A stretch of DNA of 63,836 bases, filler included, from Reclinomonas americana ATCC 50394 (Eukaryota), in NCBI GenBank assembly GCA_048213135.1. It is 8 parts of 5 records of this genome, joined end to end, with 100 filler letters (N's around TTAATTAATTAA, not from the genome) between each part and the next. Parts side by side here need not be neighbours in the genome. Positions count along the whole stretch, not along the records: positions 1 to 18,707 come from PS015484.1; positions 18,808 to 30,885 come from PS015485.1; 6 more parts are not named here. One strand, 5' to 3'. The notes under the pieces are model-generated. The model did not search any database and was not told the DNA's origin. It saw nothing but the letters and a program-made list of their open reading frames with translations. Positions 13,549 to 25,035 of this stretch are shown piece after piece; within the stretch, counting starts at the first letter, position 1, and every line of letters starts with the position of its first letter. The position numbers and the translations under genes are program-made.

Positions 13549-13630
13549 CTCCTGAGTCCAAGTATACGTAAGTTCCGACGGAAAATTTCATGGCGCCAAA
13601 ATTTCGTGTACTTCTTCTTGGCGGGCCCTC

Positions 13631-16600
13631 ATGAGCGACACGATGGCCGCCGTGCGCGAGCTTCGTGCTCAACTAGAAAACGAGCTGCGTCGACAAGAGG
13701 CACTGGCACAGGCGATTGACCAAGTCAATCATCTGCGTCGACCGACTCCACCTTTATCGTCATCATTACCGCCTCCTCCGCCTCTCGTCGAGTCGCAACA
13801 GAAGTCGGTGCACGGTGGAATGTATGCGTCGGTGGTCGCCGATCTGTCGCCAATGCCTCCGTCTCCGCCACCACCACCACTGTCCTTCCACGCAGGTGCT
13901 ACAGAGAGAGATAGAGAAGAGTGCGAGTCAATGCTCTTCATCTCACACGAGTCGTGTGTGCAGATGAGGCGTTTGCGCGGCAGCCGCAGCATTCGTATGT
14001 GGAGATTGTGCCAGTGATGGCGTCGTCGCAGCAGCAGCAGCAGGAGCACAATGATGATCGTCGGTGGCGGCATCAGCGACCGACGGCGGCGGTGAATGGA
14101 GCGTTGGTGGATGAGATGGGCGGTCGACCGCGCGACTGGGAGCACTCGGCATCGTCGGTGTCGCGGCGATGGCAGACGTCGTCGGCCTCGTCGGCCTCGT
14201 CGGCGTCGAGGAGGCGGCGTGCGGGTGAGCGCGGGGAGGAGGTGGTGACGCCGGTGGCGCAGCGTGGCAGTGCGATCAGTTGGCGATCGAGTCGGCAGAC
14301 GCCGGTGGCAGAGGATCGGTTTGCGGAGGCGTTCTCGAAGCCGTCGCCGCTGGCGGGTCTCGATTCGCGCTTTGTGGAGCGGCGCAGCAATGGGGTGTCG
14401 CACGCGGTATCGCCGGTTCCGTTCTCCTCGTCGCCGCCCAGACAGCAACCGTCGCCACCACCGCCGCCACCGCCACCACCGCCGCCTGCAGCCGTCCCAC
14501 CACTTTCGGCTGCGCGGTATCCATCGTCCGCGACCAAGTTGTCGGTGAGCAATCTGCCGCCGGCAGCAGTGTCGATCGACAGCAATCGGTTGTGGCAGGA
14601 GTGGGCCGACACCAAGGTCGAGTTCTCCGGTCTGAAGGCGCTCTACAGAGAGCTGGCCGGTGCAGTGACGCAGTCCATGGTTCGGCGTGGCGTGTGCACA
14701 CGTGTTGGTGTGTGTGTGAGTACGCAGTGTTTTAACTTATCGCGCGGTGCAGGAGGCGATGCGTGGCTTGCGCAATCGGCTCGACGAGATTGTCGATCGC
14801 GAGGCGGCTGTGGGCAAGGCAGAACGAGCGATGGGTGACGAGCAGCACCGCATGGCNNNNNNNNNNNNNNNNNNNNNNNNNNNNNNNNNNNNNNNNNNNN
14901 NNNNNNNNNNNNNNNNNNNNNNNNNNNNNNNNNNNNNNNNNNNNNNNNNNNNNNNNNNNNNNNNNNNNNNNNNNNNNNNNNNNNNNNNNNNNNNNNNNNN
15001 NNNNNNNNNNNNNNNNNNNNNNNNNNNNNNNNNNNNNNNNNNNNNNNNNNNNNNNNNNNNNNNNNNNNNNNNNNNNNNNNNNNNNNNNNNNNNNNNNNNN
15101 NNNNNNNNNNNNNNNNNNNNNNNNNNNNNNNNNNNNNNNNNNNNNNNNNNNNNNNNNNNNNNNNNNNNNNNNNNNNNNNNNNNNNNNNNNNNNNNNNNNN
15201 NNNNNNNNNNNNNNNNNNNNNNNNNNNNNNNNNNNNNNNNNNNNNNNNNNNNNNNNNNNNNNNNNNNNNNNNNNNNNNNNNNNNNNNNNNNNNNNNNNNN
15301 NNNNNNNNNNNNNNNNNNNNNNNNNNNNNNNNNNNNNNNNNNNNNNNNNNNNNNNNNNNNNNNNNNNNNNNNNNNNNNNNNNNNNNNNNNNNNNNNNNNN
15401 NNNNNNNNNNNNNNNNNNNNNNNNNNNNNNNNNNNNNNNNNNNNNNNNNNNNNNNNNNNNNNNCAGCAGCAACAGCAACAATACGACAGCGATAGGTGGC
15501 ATGATGAGCCCGTCAAACTCTCGTCGCGTTCCGAATCACCGCCCACGCGTGGCTTTGCTCACCAGCAGCAGCAGCAGCAGCAGCGTGAACGAGAGACGCA
15601 TCGACAGGACGCATCCATGCTACCGCACATCAAGGAGGAAGTGCAGGCCACCGCACAAGAGAGCAAAGAGCTTGCGGCGCAAATCGAGAGCGCCGCCAGC
15701 GACATGATGCGTGTGCAGGCGCTGGTGGAGCAGTCGCGAGCCGCAAGTCAGAGGTACGTGCAGATGTGTTTGGGCCAGCAACGCGGAAATTCGCACGCAA
15801 TCCTCACCTGGTACGTAGGGGATTCTCCACGCTGGACGAGGAATTGCGACTGCTGGAGAACAGCCTGCGTCGTGAGGTGAGGGAGTTGCGCGCATAGATT
15901 GCCCCATTCTCCGCTCACTCGAGCTGGCGACCTGCAGGTGATGCGAACGCATGGCAGAGGCGCCGAAGTCGAATCGCTGCAAGAGGAGAACTCGAGGCTG
16001 CGAAAGCGCATTGAGTTGCAGTTGCAGAATGCCGCCGAGTTGTCGCGTCGACTGCACACCCGTCAGCACAGTGACTCGCCGACAAATGAGGCGGCGGCAG
16101 CCGCTGCAGCGAGTGAGGTATGGTGTCGGTCACTCGATCGGCAGAAAGAGAGATTTCTTCGCTCTGTAACTCACGTGCATGACGCGCGCAGTCGCCGTTG
16201 CTGGCGCTGCTGACGGATGTGATGCGCGTGGTGGCCATGGTGTTGGATGAGAAGAAGCCGGCTGCCGAGCCTTCGCTCTCGTCTCTGTACGAACTCATTG
16301 GGTCGGTGCCGAGATCCACACCGCTCTCCAACGAGGTATGCGACACGCGTCGACGCCGCGGCGAACGCGCGCACGTGACTCACAGACGACAAACTGTCTG
16401 CAGGCGGAGATTCGACGCTTTGCGGTGACGGCCATTCTCACACCACTCAATCATCTGCTGCTGCGACAGCACGCGCTGGAGCAGCTGGCGAGCCGACCAA
16501 GTGGCCCGCCTCCGGAACGCACACAGAGGGCAACATCAATCCCGCCGCCGGCGAACGGGCATCCGCGGAGGACGGCCACTGTCGGTGTCAATGACGACGA

Positions 16601-16640
16601 GTGGACGGTGAATGCGCTCTTTGCGGGCGGGCGGCGATAA
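13631..16640 (+). CDS. Hypothetical coiled-coil, Pro-rich protein (spans a gap)
   Basis: MSDTMAAVRELRAQLENELRRQE..., heptad-like exons (EVESLQEENSRLRKRIELQL), GT-AG introns keep frame, TAA at 16640. Confidence 0.6.
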
Positions 16641-16738
16641 AGAAAGAATACTGTTGGTTTTAAAAAAGAAGAGAGAAAATAGCCTACAACAACTACAATA
16701 GCAGCAAGCACAGTGGCGGGCGGAAACACGCGTGTGTG

Positions 16739-17484
16739 CTACGCGCGCGCAACCCCCACCGGGGCAGTCGTGAGTCCAACTCGACGGAATGCCTCGGCAA
16801 GGTTGGGCACCTCCGGCGGAGGTGCCGGTAGATCCAGTGGCCTCCGTCCCGCAATGGCGATTGCAGATGGCAGACTCGGCAGAGCCTGCGCGCATCGCAG
16901 CTGGTGAGTGATCGACAAGAAGAAGAAGAGCGATAAAGGGGCAAACACGGCAACTCACCGCCACACTGGGTCCAGCAAACGGAGAACTGAGATGCGCACG
17001 TCCCGGTGACAGCGGTGATGTGCGCGGTGAGATCGGCAACACGGCACGGTCGGTGGTACTCCGGGGTGAAAACGCCGACGGTCGAGCGCCACCGGTAGGC
17101 GACGCCGAAGCAGTTGCTGACGGTGGTGGTGGTGGCGGAGGCGGTGGTGGCGGAGCCGAGTGCATGTACTTTAGTGGGTATGCCGTCATGCCGGGGTCGG
17201 TTTCCATGTACACTGGTGTCACGTCGGCAGTGTCGCGCACCGAGGCCGCCGACCGGTCGTCGAATGCCGACATGGACGAGGCCATCGAGGATGTGGACTC
17301 GGCGCGCTGGTACTGGACCGACGATTCCATGAGCAGTCGCGCGGCCTCCTCCCTTTGCGTCTGCAACACGTACGCCTGTGCACGCAGGTCGTCTTGCTCG
17401 TGCAACAATCGCTGCACTTGGCCGTTGAGAGTGTTGGCTGCGCAAGCACACAAAGAAATCAGCACGACACACACATACACATAG

Positions 17485-17558
<74 letters not shown>

Positions 17559-18697
17559 CAGGCACACAACACAAAAATGCGTGCATGGACGCACCCTCCG
17601 CAGCCAGCCGCTCGCGCTGCTCCTCGACCTCGCGCTGTCGCGCCAACCGTCTCCGCAACTCACTGTCGATCTCCCAGTCGCGCAGCCGGACATTGTTCTG
17701 CATGGCCAGCACTCCGCGCTCCAGGAGGAAGCACTCGGACGCCAGCAATCGCTGCTCGTGCATCACATTGGCGAGTTGCACACGAGCGGCGGGCACACAG
17801 TGACACAGACTGGTGAGCGTCGTCTCAAACACGTCAATGATCCACCCAGATAGCGGCATCTCCGGCAGCGGTGGACACCGCGGCGAGGGCACTGCGGAAG
17901 TGGAGTGAGCACAGGGAGGCGCTGTGCTGTCTGCAGGCAAGGATAGCAATCGCGCACCAGCCGATCGAGACACCCGGCGTCGACGCCACCACACTGGCAG
18001 CGCAGTTGCCGGAGCCTCGGGCAACGCCGTGTAGCCAGCAGCGGCAGGAATCGACACGGCCGACTGTAGACGGGTGGCCCGCGACGAGTCTGGGGGCGGC
18101 ACCTGCAGCAGTACATGCGACGACTCCTCGCGACCTGCACGCCCGTGCATCAACAGGATAAGGGAAGGGCAGAGAGTGGAAGGGAGAGGGGAGAAAGGGG
18201 AGGGGAGGAGGAGGGAGGAAGGGAGAGGGAGGGAGACAGCAACAGAAGCTGCTCACACACTCAGCAAAGCAACAGCCGCAAGGATTGCACCGAGAGAGAG
18301 GAGAGAGCTCAATCTCGCGCAGAACAGTGTTCACACTCGACTGTACACAGAAAGAGAAAGGAGAGAGCACGGAAAGCTGCTCAGTCTTGCGCAAAACAGA
18401 GTTCACACTTTGCAAGGCAACAGGCGCAAGGATTGCACAGAGAGAGAGAGAGGAGAGAGCTCAATCTCGCACAGAACGGTGTTCACACTAGATTGCACAG
18501 TGCTTTATCTTGCCAACAAGACAGAGATATCGAGGAGAGACAGCTCTCGCTCTCTCTCTCACACACACACGCAGAAACACCAACCACCCTCTTCCCGCAC
18601 CTCTCAGTGACACCAGTCGCACAGGTCGCAGCAGCCACGCGTCTCCTGCAGAACCTCCCACGGTTCTTGTCCACGCGCAATCCAATAGTTCCGACAT
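16739..18697 (-). CDS. Hypothetical coiled-coil, Pro/Ser-rich protein
   Basis: MSELLDCAW...VSLR|GREESSHVLL..., ELRRRLARQREVEEQRERLAAE, LNGQVQRLLHEQDDLRAQ; TAG at 16739; some internal junctions uncertain. Confidence 0.5.
17486..17557. repeat. (CA)n microsatellite inside an intron
   Basis: Uninterrupted CA run of about 70 nt. Confidence 0.95.
18270..18500. repeat. Imperfect direct repeat (about 75 nt unit) in a long intron
   Basis: GCAAGGATTGCAC.GAGAGAGAGGAGAGAGCTCAATCTCGC.CAGAAC.GTGTTCACACT at about 18278 and 18426, with a degenerate copy between them. Confidence 0.85.
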
Positions 18698-18751
18698 CTC
18701 CGATCGTNNNNNNNNNNNNNNNNNNNNNNNNNNNNNNNNNNNNNNNNNNNN

Positions 18752-18763
18752 TTAATTAATTAA
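18752..18763. other. Artificial six-frame-stop linker TTAATTAATTAA in an N gap (also at 30930, 34122, 44807, 54886, 60479, 62679)
   Basis: Identical 12-mer centred in 100-nt N spacers. Confidence 0.95.
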
Positions 18764-18807
18764 NNNNNNNNNNNNNNNNNNNNNNNNNNNNNNNNNNNNN
18801 NNNNNNN

Positions 18808-18897
18808 CCGCTCACGCACACGCCGTCGATGCACACGACGCAGCAGGTCCAACGCTGTCTCGTCGGGCGCAAGAAAGCGCAACACTCGCTCGTCCAT
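18808..18897 (-). CDS. N-terminal fragment, possibly XRCC2-like RAD51 paralogue; remainder in gap
   Basis: MDERVLRFLAPDETALDLLRRV resembles the DETAxxxLxRV start I recall for plant-type XRCC2; only 30 codons visible. Confidence 0.3.
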
Positions 18898-18977
18898 CAA
18901 AGTGCAAACACACAAGGATAGATGGAAAGGCGGGAACGCGAGCGTAGTTGTCATTGTCATTGGCCTCGCTGTCAACA

Positions 18978-21900
18978 ATGCCTGCGCGATGGCAAGTGCA
19001 AGTGGAGATTGTTGCGTTTCTCTCTCTCTCTCTCTTTGTTGTGCGCACGTGTCTTCCGCAACTGAGCGCGCACACGCACACGCGCACAGGTTGAGGCGCG
19101 TGAGCTCAAAGGCCGCGACCGCTCCGGCACAAGGTTTGCACTTTCTTGTCTCTCACTCACTCACTTTCACTCACTCTCTTACACACGCGCGCGACACTCC
19201 AGCGACCCTGTCATCAAAGTCAAAGTCGGCGACAAGTCGCAGCGCACAAAGACCGTGAAGAAAGTGCGTGCATGCACAAACTCCGCCGCTCACTCTCTGC
19301 CTCTCTCTCTCTCACACACACGTGTGCGTGCGTGCACAGGTCAACTCTGCTGTGTATGACCACCTCATGTTCTTTGAGATTGACTCGGACTTGCGTGAGA
19401 CGCGATGTTTGATTCAGGTTGAGTGATGCATGCATTCAGCTGTTTGCATTCTTCCTCAACAAGTCCTTACCGATTTGGTGACACACAGTGCTTTGATGCC
19501 AACACCATCACTCGTGACGTGCTCATTGGTCAGTTTGAGGTGTCGCTGGACTACATCTATGGCGAGCCCAATCATGAAGTGTGGCGACGATGGGTGTGTG
19601 TTGCATGATTCGTCGCTCTCCCTCCCCTTCCCTCCTTCCATTGTCATTACTCCCTGGTCATTTGCAGTCTCCCTCTCCTGCTCTACTTCTTCTCCTTCTC
19701 CTTCTTCTTCTTCTCCTTGCTCTTCCGTTGCCCGGTCTTCCGCGATCGCCTTCTTGTTCTTCGTTTTCTTCTCCTCCGCGTGTTATCACCTTCTCTTATG
19801 ATCTCCCGCATCCCTTTTACCCTCCCCTCACTGAATCCCACCCAGGTGGTACTGCTGGACCCCAAGAAACACCAATCCGAAGTGCAGGGCTTTGTCAAGC
19901 TGTCGGTCATCGTCATGGGACCTGGAGACACCACCGGTCAGTATACAACAAGTCTCCATGCTCACTCACGCTCCCGTGATTTGACGTCTCACGCCCTCCC
20001 CGCGCAGCACCGCATCCGGACCTCGACGAGGAAGAGGAGGGCGGGGCGATTGATTCGCTGCAGTCGATGGTGCTGGCGCCGCCCGATTTTCAACGACAGG
20101 GCGCCGAGTTGCTGGTGCGCGTGTACCGAGCCGAGAATTTGCCAAAGATGGACTCTTGTTGCGTCAGCCATGCCACCTTCTCCCTCCTTCTTCCGTTCAA
20201 CTCCTCACCCCATGCGTTAATCCAGTCGGCAAGATCGATGGATACGTGGCCGTCAATTTCGCCGGCAACCCCACTCTCAAGACCGCCATCAAGAAGAACG
20301 AGTACAACCCGGTGTGGAACCAGGAGCTCGTGCTGCCCGTGTGGCTGCCGAACTTGAGCGACAAGATCGAGATTCTCATTCGCGACTGGGATCGCATGAA
20401 CAAGGACGACACCATCTCGCGGCAGTACTTCACCTTTAGCGACGTGCAGCTGGAGGGGTTCACACCGCGCTGGATCAACCTGTATGGCGCGCCGTTGAAT
20501 CCGTCATTCCGCGACAAGGCAGTGCGCTGCATGCGCTCTGGCAAGGCCGAGCCCACCGAGTACCACGGCCGTGTGCTGCTGGCCATGACGCACCGTGCCT
20601 CGGATAATCCCCTGGTAACCTCTCTCTCTTTCTCTCTCTTCGATCTCCTCCACCTCCTCATCACTTCTCTTTCCTTGATGCAGTTCGGCGGGCCAAACAA
20701 CATTGCTCCGTGCGAACTGCCGCGCACCCGTGAGTATGTGCTGCGACTGGATCTGTACCAGGGCACAGATTTTCCGGCCAATCGCAGTCAGTCGGTGCGC
20801 GTCGGCGTCACCTGGGGACAGCACGTGCTGAAGGGCAAGGCCGTGGGCATTCGCAACGGATGTGCGTTGTGTCATTTATGTACTCCCTTTCATGACACAC
20901 TCTCTCACTTTCGGCCATCCGCCACAGCGTACCCATGGTACGAGTCATTGCAGGAGATCCGCGCCACATTCCCGCACAACATTGACCATGTGCCAGACAT
21001 TGTTGCGTGACCGACCGTTGCACTTTATCTCTTCTGCATTCCCCTGACCGCGCACGCGAATGGAACAGATCCTGTACTTTTCCATCAAGGGCTTTGGCAC
21101 CACGTCGCGTATCGGTTACTTGCGCTACAGGGCTGCGTTGCGTCAAACTTGCCGCGTTTGCGTCTCTCTGCATTTTCTGCGATCCTCATCTCGTGGCAGC
21201 GATGTGGTGGGGTTCGACAAGCCGCCAGAGTGGCGCTGTGTGACGGCGAATCCCTTGGCGGCTGCGTACGAAAAGGATCGCATCCCCGGATTTGCTCTCA
21301 TCCGGTCCGTGTGCTTGTCTCTCTCGCGTTCGTCCCTTTCGTCATATACTCACGTCTGCGTGCGTTCGTAGCCTGGCGTTTGGACCGGCCGAAAAGGCGC
21401 CTGTTCCCCGACCGCCCATTGCACCGCCGAGGTTCGGTCGTTTCCAGCTGCGCGCGCACATTTACCAGGCTCGTGACCTGCCGGCCGCGGACGACACGGG
21501 CACCAGCGATCCGTACTGCCGCGTAATTTTTGGCTCCAAGGTGAGAGGCCTGCACTTCCTTTCGACTCGGACCACTCGTGTGTTCTCATCATGATGCAGA
21601 GTGCGGAAACGGGTGTTCGTTTCGCCACCAACTACCCTCTGTGGTACGAGTCGCTCAGTCTGGATGTGGAGATTCCCATTGACATGAACTACGCGCCGCG
21701 GATTGTGCTGCAGGTGCGCTGTGGGAACGACTCGGTCTCGTGTCTCCTCCCATTTTCCTGCTCACATCGCGCGCGCTGCAGGTGTGGGACCGCGACAGCA
21801 CCCTTGACCCCGACGACATGATTGGGCGCTGTGACATTCCGGCCAACACCGCCGGCAAGGGGTGGCCCGGCGATCCCAAGTGGTACGAGTTGTACATGAA

Positions 21901-24900
21901 TGACCCGAACGACACCATGGGTGGCGTTCTTGCGTCGTTCCAGTTGATTCCACGCGAGGAGGCAGCTCGCATGCCACCGCCCGGCTCCATCAAGCCGCGC
22001 ACACAGCCGTGCGTCTTTGAGATCTCGGCCATTGGCCTGCGCAGTCTGCTGCCGGCCGCCGACGGGAGCGGCAGCAAGTCGCGGGCCAAGAACCCGCGCA
22101 TCGAGGTCAGCGGTCTCATGCCTTTAATGTCTCACTCCTCCTCTGACTCGTCGCGGCACAGTTCGATTGCGGAGACTCCAATCGTGTGGTGTCGTCGGCA
22201 CGTTGCTCCCAACCAACTCCCGAGAATCCCAACCATCTGGAGGTGTGTGTGTGTGTATATCAGAGCATGGTTGTCTGCGTGCCTGTGCATGAATCACCGA
22301 TGCCTGTGTCGGGCAGGCCGTCTACCTCGAATGCGAGTTGCCTCTGAACGCGCTTTTTGCACCGGCCATCAATGTCCGTGTGTTTGACGTCGGTGGTCTT
22401 CTCGGCGGCGACCGACTCGTCGGCGCCTCGTCCATCTCGGTGGCACCATACATGCCGTGGTCGAATCTCGATATTCCCAAGGTCTGTTCTTCCCTTGTTA
22501 GTTTGCCTTTCTTGCTTTTCTCGCTGACCCTTCATTCTCCCATCACAGGAGAGCCTGCCGCCGCCCTTTGATGGTGATATTCCTGGCGCCGCCGGTCTGC
22601 CCGGATTTGATGACGACGTGGTGTCGGCAGTGCACCAGATCGAGATCGTGGATCCCATTCCCGAGGATCTGCGCGCCTGCAACGAAGTTGTTGGCGATGA
22701 AATGCATTTCATCACCGCGGGCGAGCCGAAGCGCACGCTGCCGGAGGTGGACGACACGCACTTGGGTGGTTTCGAGAGCACGGCAGCCGACGCACTGGCC
22801 GGTCGCAAGACTGTAAAGGTGGAGCTGGAGCACACTTTCAAGCAGCTGCCCTTTGACGAGTATCGCCTCTATCGGTTGGTGGATTGTGCTGGGCTAATTC
22901 GTTTCGTTGTATCACCGCACTGACTCGCGATGCGTGCACCGTCCAGCGGCACCACTCGGCAGCAGGGAGGCTACTTTACGAAACTGTGGGCCACCATGGA
23001 GAAGAGAGGCGTGCAGAACCCCAAGCACAACAGGTTGCATTCATGTCTGCGTGCTTCTCTTCACTGCATCATCATCATCTCCTCATTGTCGGCATGTGGC
23101 ATCGCAGCGGCAAGTTCAAGGGCCGTTTCCGTGTCATTCCGGCAGAGCAGTTGCGCGGTTTGCGTGATCGCGCCGAAAGCACTGTGTCGGCTGCTGCTCC
23201 GGTCGTCCCACCGACCACAATCACCCCGTTTGACATTTTCGACGATCCACGTCCCGGCAGTGGCCTTCCGTCGTTCACTGCTGGTGCCGCTGCGGCAGCT
23301 CTGGCCGCCGTCAGTGCGCCTCGCGTGCCGCCCGTGCGAGTACCGTCTGGCAGCTTCACCGCCGCCGCTGTGGCACCTGTTCCACCACCGGCGCCTGTGC
23401 TGGCACCGGCTCCGACAGAGACCGTCGAGTTGATCACCAGCCGTTTCGTCCCCCATTTCATGCCCATGCCTGTTGCTTCTTGGTGTGTGCTCACCACGGT
23501 GTTGCGCAGAGGAACTTCGTCGCATGTACACGTCACGTGATTTTGTGGTTCGCGTGCACGTGGTGCGCGGTCGACAGCTCGTACCAAAGGACAGCAACGG
23601 CAAGAGCGATCCGTACCTGGTGTTCCGCACGGGCAGCGATCGCCGAGCCAGCGCCAAGTTCATTTCGTGCGAGCCCGACGTGATCAAGGCGACTCTGGCG
23701 CCCGACTTTTGGACCAGCCAGGAGCTGCGTGCGACCATTCCAGGTGACTCGCTGCACATCGAGTGCTACGACTGGGACGCTGTCGGCGACCACGACTTGA
23801 TCGGCGCAACTATTGTCGACCTGGAAAATCGTCTCTTCAGCGAGGAGTGGCAGGCGTTGGAGGCCAAGCCGTTGGAGCAGCGCACATTGTGGGTGTCGAC
23901 GTCCAGCTTCCCGCAAGGTCGCCTGGAGCTTGCCATCGACATTCTCACGCCGGAACAGGCGGCAGCGCAGCCGTTTGTTCGTCTGCACAAGCCGGAGGTT
24001 CGCAAGCACGAGCTGCGCGTGATTGTGTGGAACACGGTTTGTCGCATGCCGAGGCAGTGTCGCTGCAGCGGTTCGTCACCGGATCTGATAATGTGTTGCA
24101 CTACAGGAAGACGTCGTCTTCAAGGACGCAAACATGAGTGATCAAATCCTGCGTGCAACTGCACTGTGGAACAACGAGAAGCTGAAGACGGACACGAACT
24201 GGCGCTCGATGGATGGTGCGTGCCGGGCGTGTCCTCTGCGCTAATGTGCGCAAGGTTTATTGATGTTGCTGCACAGGCAAGGGCTTCTTCAACTGGCGCT
24301 GGGTCTTCAAGGACGTGGAGATCCCGTGCAAGAATCCGCGCTTGCGAGTGCAGATCTACGACCGCGACATTTTCAAGCCGAACGACTCGATTGCCGAGTC
24401 TGTTCTCAACCTGCGGCCGCTGTTCCGCAAGGTCTACAACCAGCGAGCGCGGCAGGAGATCCCACGACAGTGGATCTCCATGACTGTTGCGCATTTCGTC
24501 TGCCTGCTGCGCTTGTTTGCCTCGTGCTCACACTTCCATGTCGTCGCACACAGCACCCCAACTTCCAGGGCGTGCAGGGCAAGGTGGAGCTGACAGTGGA
24601 GCTGCTGACGGCCGACGAGGCAATGCGCTTCCCCGGTGAGTGGCTGTAAGATAGTCTCAAAATTAGCTCAGCATGTGCGCTCATCTCTTGTCAACAGCCG
24701 GGCAAGGTCGCGATCCGCCCAACGAGAATCCGCATCTCGACGACCCGCCTCGGCCACCAACCAGTTTTGCACCGTGGCGAGTGGACAAGTACGCACAGAA
24801 TTTCTGGATGAAGTACAAGGTGTGTGTTCGTCTTGGTTTTGTTCTCCGTCGCACAACCCTGCTCAACGACTTCCACAGAAACGCTTGATTCTTATCGGAA

Positions 24901-24947
24901 TCGCCGTCCTCGCCCTGCTCATCTGCCTCCTCTTCCTGTTCATCTAA
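18978..24947 (+). CDS. Ferlin, copy A (multi-C2, FerI, C-terminal TM; no DysF seen)
   Basis: C2 starts [133 protein letters not shown]; terminal TM helix. Confidence 0.93.
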
Positions 24948-25035
24948 CCGGTGATCAGGAGTAGAATAAAACCGCATACACTTTTTTGGTCGCACGCACA
25001 CATAGACATGAGTCTCTCTCTCTCTCTCTCTCTCT

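Noticed and set aside
23440..23508. GC-AG intron starting A|GCCGTT in ferlin A
   Set aside because: Alignment with copy B (MTT-EEL) favours C|GTTTCGT at 23443
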